The notes beneath the pieces are model-generated. The model saw nothing but the letters and a program-made list of their open reading frames with translations. It did no database searches and was not told the DNA's origin. From assembly GCA_031459875.1 (NCBI GenBank), contig JAVKHQ010000047.1, forward strand, positions 1-17,890: a stretch of DNA of 17,890 nucleotides, read 5' to 3'. Source of the DNA: Candidatus Fervidifonticultor sextus (GTDB lineage: Bacteria > Sysuimicrobiota > Sysuimicrobiia > Sysuimicrobiales > Humicultoraceae). Below, in pieces: positions 16,649 to 17,890 of this stretch. Numbering within the stretch: position 1 is the stretch's first letter; each line of letters begins with the position of its first letter. The translations under genes were made by a program, and so were the position numbers.

Positions 16649-17752
16649 TCAGGCCGAGATTCGCGCCCTGTCTGAGGGAGGGGCGCGATTCGCTTTTGGA
16701 GAGGGGAAACGTCAGGAAAGAGGGCCCACAAACGCCCGCGTGCTAGGATGGCGTTGAGGACACAACCCTGGCACAGACGGAGCAGCCTATGGGCCCCACT
16801 CACTTGCGCCGATTCCTGCAGTACATCTCGAAGGTATACAGGTTCCCGGAGGTGGTCAAGGCCTACGACGACTACCGGCAGCACCCGCAGATTGCGCCGG
16901 CGCAGGTGTTCCTGGCGGTCTTCTGGCTGTGGGTGTTCCAGTGGCGCAGCCTGCACCAGTTGGAGCGGCGGATGGGGGAGCAGACGTGGCGGCACGCGCA
17001 GTTGGTGCCGGGGCGGTCGGGGAGCGGCCGGCGCGTGGCTGAACCGCGTGATCCCCCGCCTGTGGGTACTGGTGCGGCTGAAGGACCGCCGATACGCGAT
17101 CGTGCAGGACGTGGAAGGGCTATGGGCAGGCCAGCCGCCGGTGGCCAGCTGGGAACGAGGGGATGGGCAGCTCGTCCAGGCCTGGGAAGCGTGGGAGATT
17201 CGGAGCTGGGAGGAGGTGAGCGTGCCGCTGCGCGTGGTGCGGTTCCGGGAGGCCAGTCCGGATGGGGTGGTGCGCGATCACCTCTTGGCGACCACCTGCC
17301 CGGCCGCGATCAGCCTGCCGTACCTCTGGCGCTGTGCGCATGCGCGGTGGCAGATCGAGAACACGGGATTCCATGACCTCAAACACCACTGGCATGCCAG
17401 CCACTGTTACGTCCATCACCCGGTCGCCATCGAAGCGCTGCTGCTCATTGGGCTGCTGGCGGTGAATCTCCTGTGGGCCTATGTGTACCGGCACCTGGTG
17501 CCGTATGGGCATCGGGGGACGGTCTTGGAGATCGTCGAGGCGTTAGCGATCGGCTACCACCGATTGAGGGCGCCGCTCCGCTGGACCTGCCCCTACTGGG
17601 ATACGAGTTGACCGACTGGGCGATGCGAGGGTGGCCGTGACGGTGGCTGGCGCTCTTCCCCCTTGATCTCGATCTCCCTGTCCCCCTCGCCACCTGCCTT
17701 TGTACGACTCTCACCGACTGCAAGCACTTTCCCGCATCTTGCGGAATCCCTG
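16616..17752 (+). mobile_element. Insertion sequence (1,137 bp), IS4-superfamily DDE type (ISAs1-like ends), internally deleted
   Basis: Left end CAGGAATTCCCTAAG (16616-16630) and reverse complement of the right end CAGGGATTCCGCAAG (17738-17752) match at 12/15. Both sides carry the exact 9-bp direct repeat GCGCGGGAG. Transposase fragments lie inside. Confidence 0.9.
16789..17611 (+). pseudogene. DDE transposase pseudogene: N-terminal and C-terminal fragments joined out of frame
   Basis: N-part from ATG 16789 (MGPTHLRRFLQYISKVYRF...DDYRQHPQI...RSLHQLE) runs to about 17023. The C-part is in another frame, 17024-17611 (AAGAWLN...VRLKDRRY...HARWQIENTGFHDLKHHW...). The RWxIEN catalytic-Glu motif is present. 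No motifs for the two catalytic Asp are recognisable. Confidence 0.85.
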
Positions 17753-17761
17753 GCGCGGGAG
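17753..17761. repeat. Right 9-bp target-site duplication GCGCGGGAG
   Basis: Identical to 16607-16615 and abuts the right IR. Confidence 0.9.
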
Positions 17762-17769
17762 CCTTCCGC

Positions 17770-17798
17770 TTGACGGCGCGCGCCCTCACGGGTATACT
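17770..17798 (+). promoter_or_regulatory. Near-consensus sigma70-type promoter
   Basis: TTGACG-N17-TATACT. The -35 overlaps the original TGA (17771-17773) of the IS-interrupted gene. Confidence 0.8.
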
Positions 17799-17811
17799 CC
17801 TCGTGAGTTCT

Positions 17812-17839
17812 CCGACCGCCGGGTACACCCGGCGGTCGG
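17812..17839 (+). promoter_or_regulatory. Perfect GC-rich hairpin in the leader after the promoter
   Basis: CCGACCGCCGGG-TACA-CCCGGCGGTCGG: 12-bp perfect stem followed by TATCCCTTTGT. Confidence 0.6.
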
Positions 17840-17890
17840 TATCCCTTTGTGGCGGCCCGGATGCCGAACCGCAACATCAAGCCCACGAAC

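Noticed and set aside
17000..17045. Programmed ribosomal frameshift joining the two transposase frames
   Set aside because: There is no slippery heptamer or A-run. The joined product (about 273 aa) would still lack recognisable catalytic Asp motifs, so deletion explains it better.

Overview
High-GC bacterial chromosome segment. Gene content and promoter style suggest a Terrabacteria lineage such as Armatimonadota/CSP1-3; this is inference only. It is mostly housekeeping. Left to right: two translationally coupled DUF4337-like membrane genes (-), a frameshifted relic, lipoprotein and DinB (-), then an SQR-like flavoprotein, EamA/DMT transporter, pilT, rpoZ, a secreted BsuPI-domain protein, a CAU-anticodon tRNA, tilS, ftsH, a long nicotinamidase/isochorismatase-like hydrolase, a membrane-anchored hypothetical and an ASCH protein. 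These are followed by convergent kptA/tpt1 and the run ftcd-hutI-birA-conserved hypothetical. The best-supported non-obvious feature is a 1,137-bp internally deleted DDE insertion sequence (16616-17752). It has imperfect terminal IRs and a perfect 9-bp target duplication, and it landed in the last codons of a gene and replaced its C-terminus. Other signals: a recurring SigH-like promoter motif in several intergenic gaps, alternative SD-sequestering hairpins before the nicotinamidase-like gene, and a loose RNA-modification/NAD neighbourhood. No CRISPR array, prophage or clearly new multi-gene system is demonstrable from this sequence alone.
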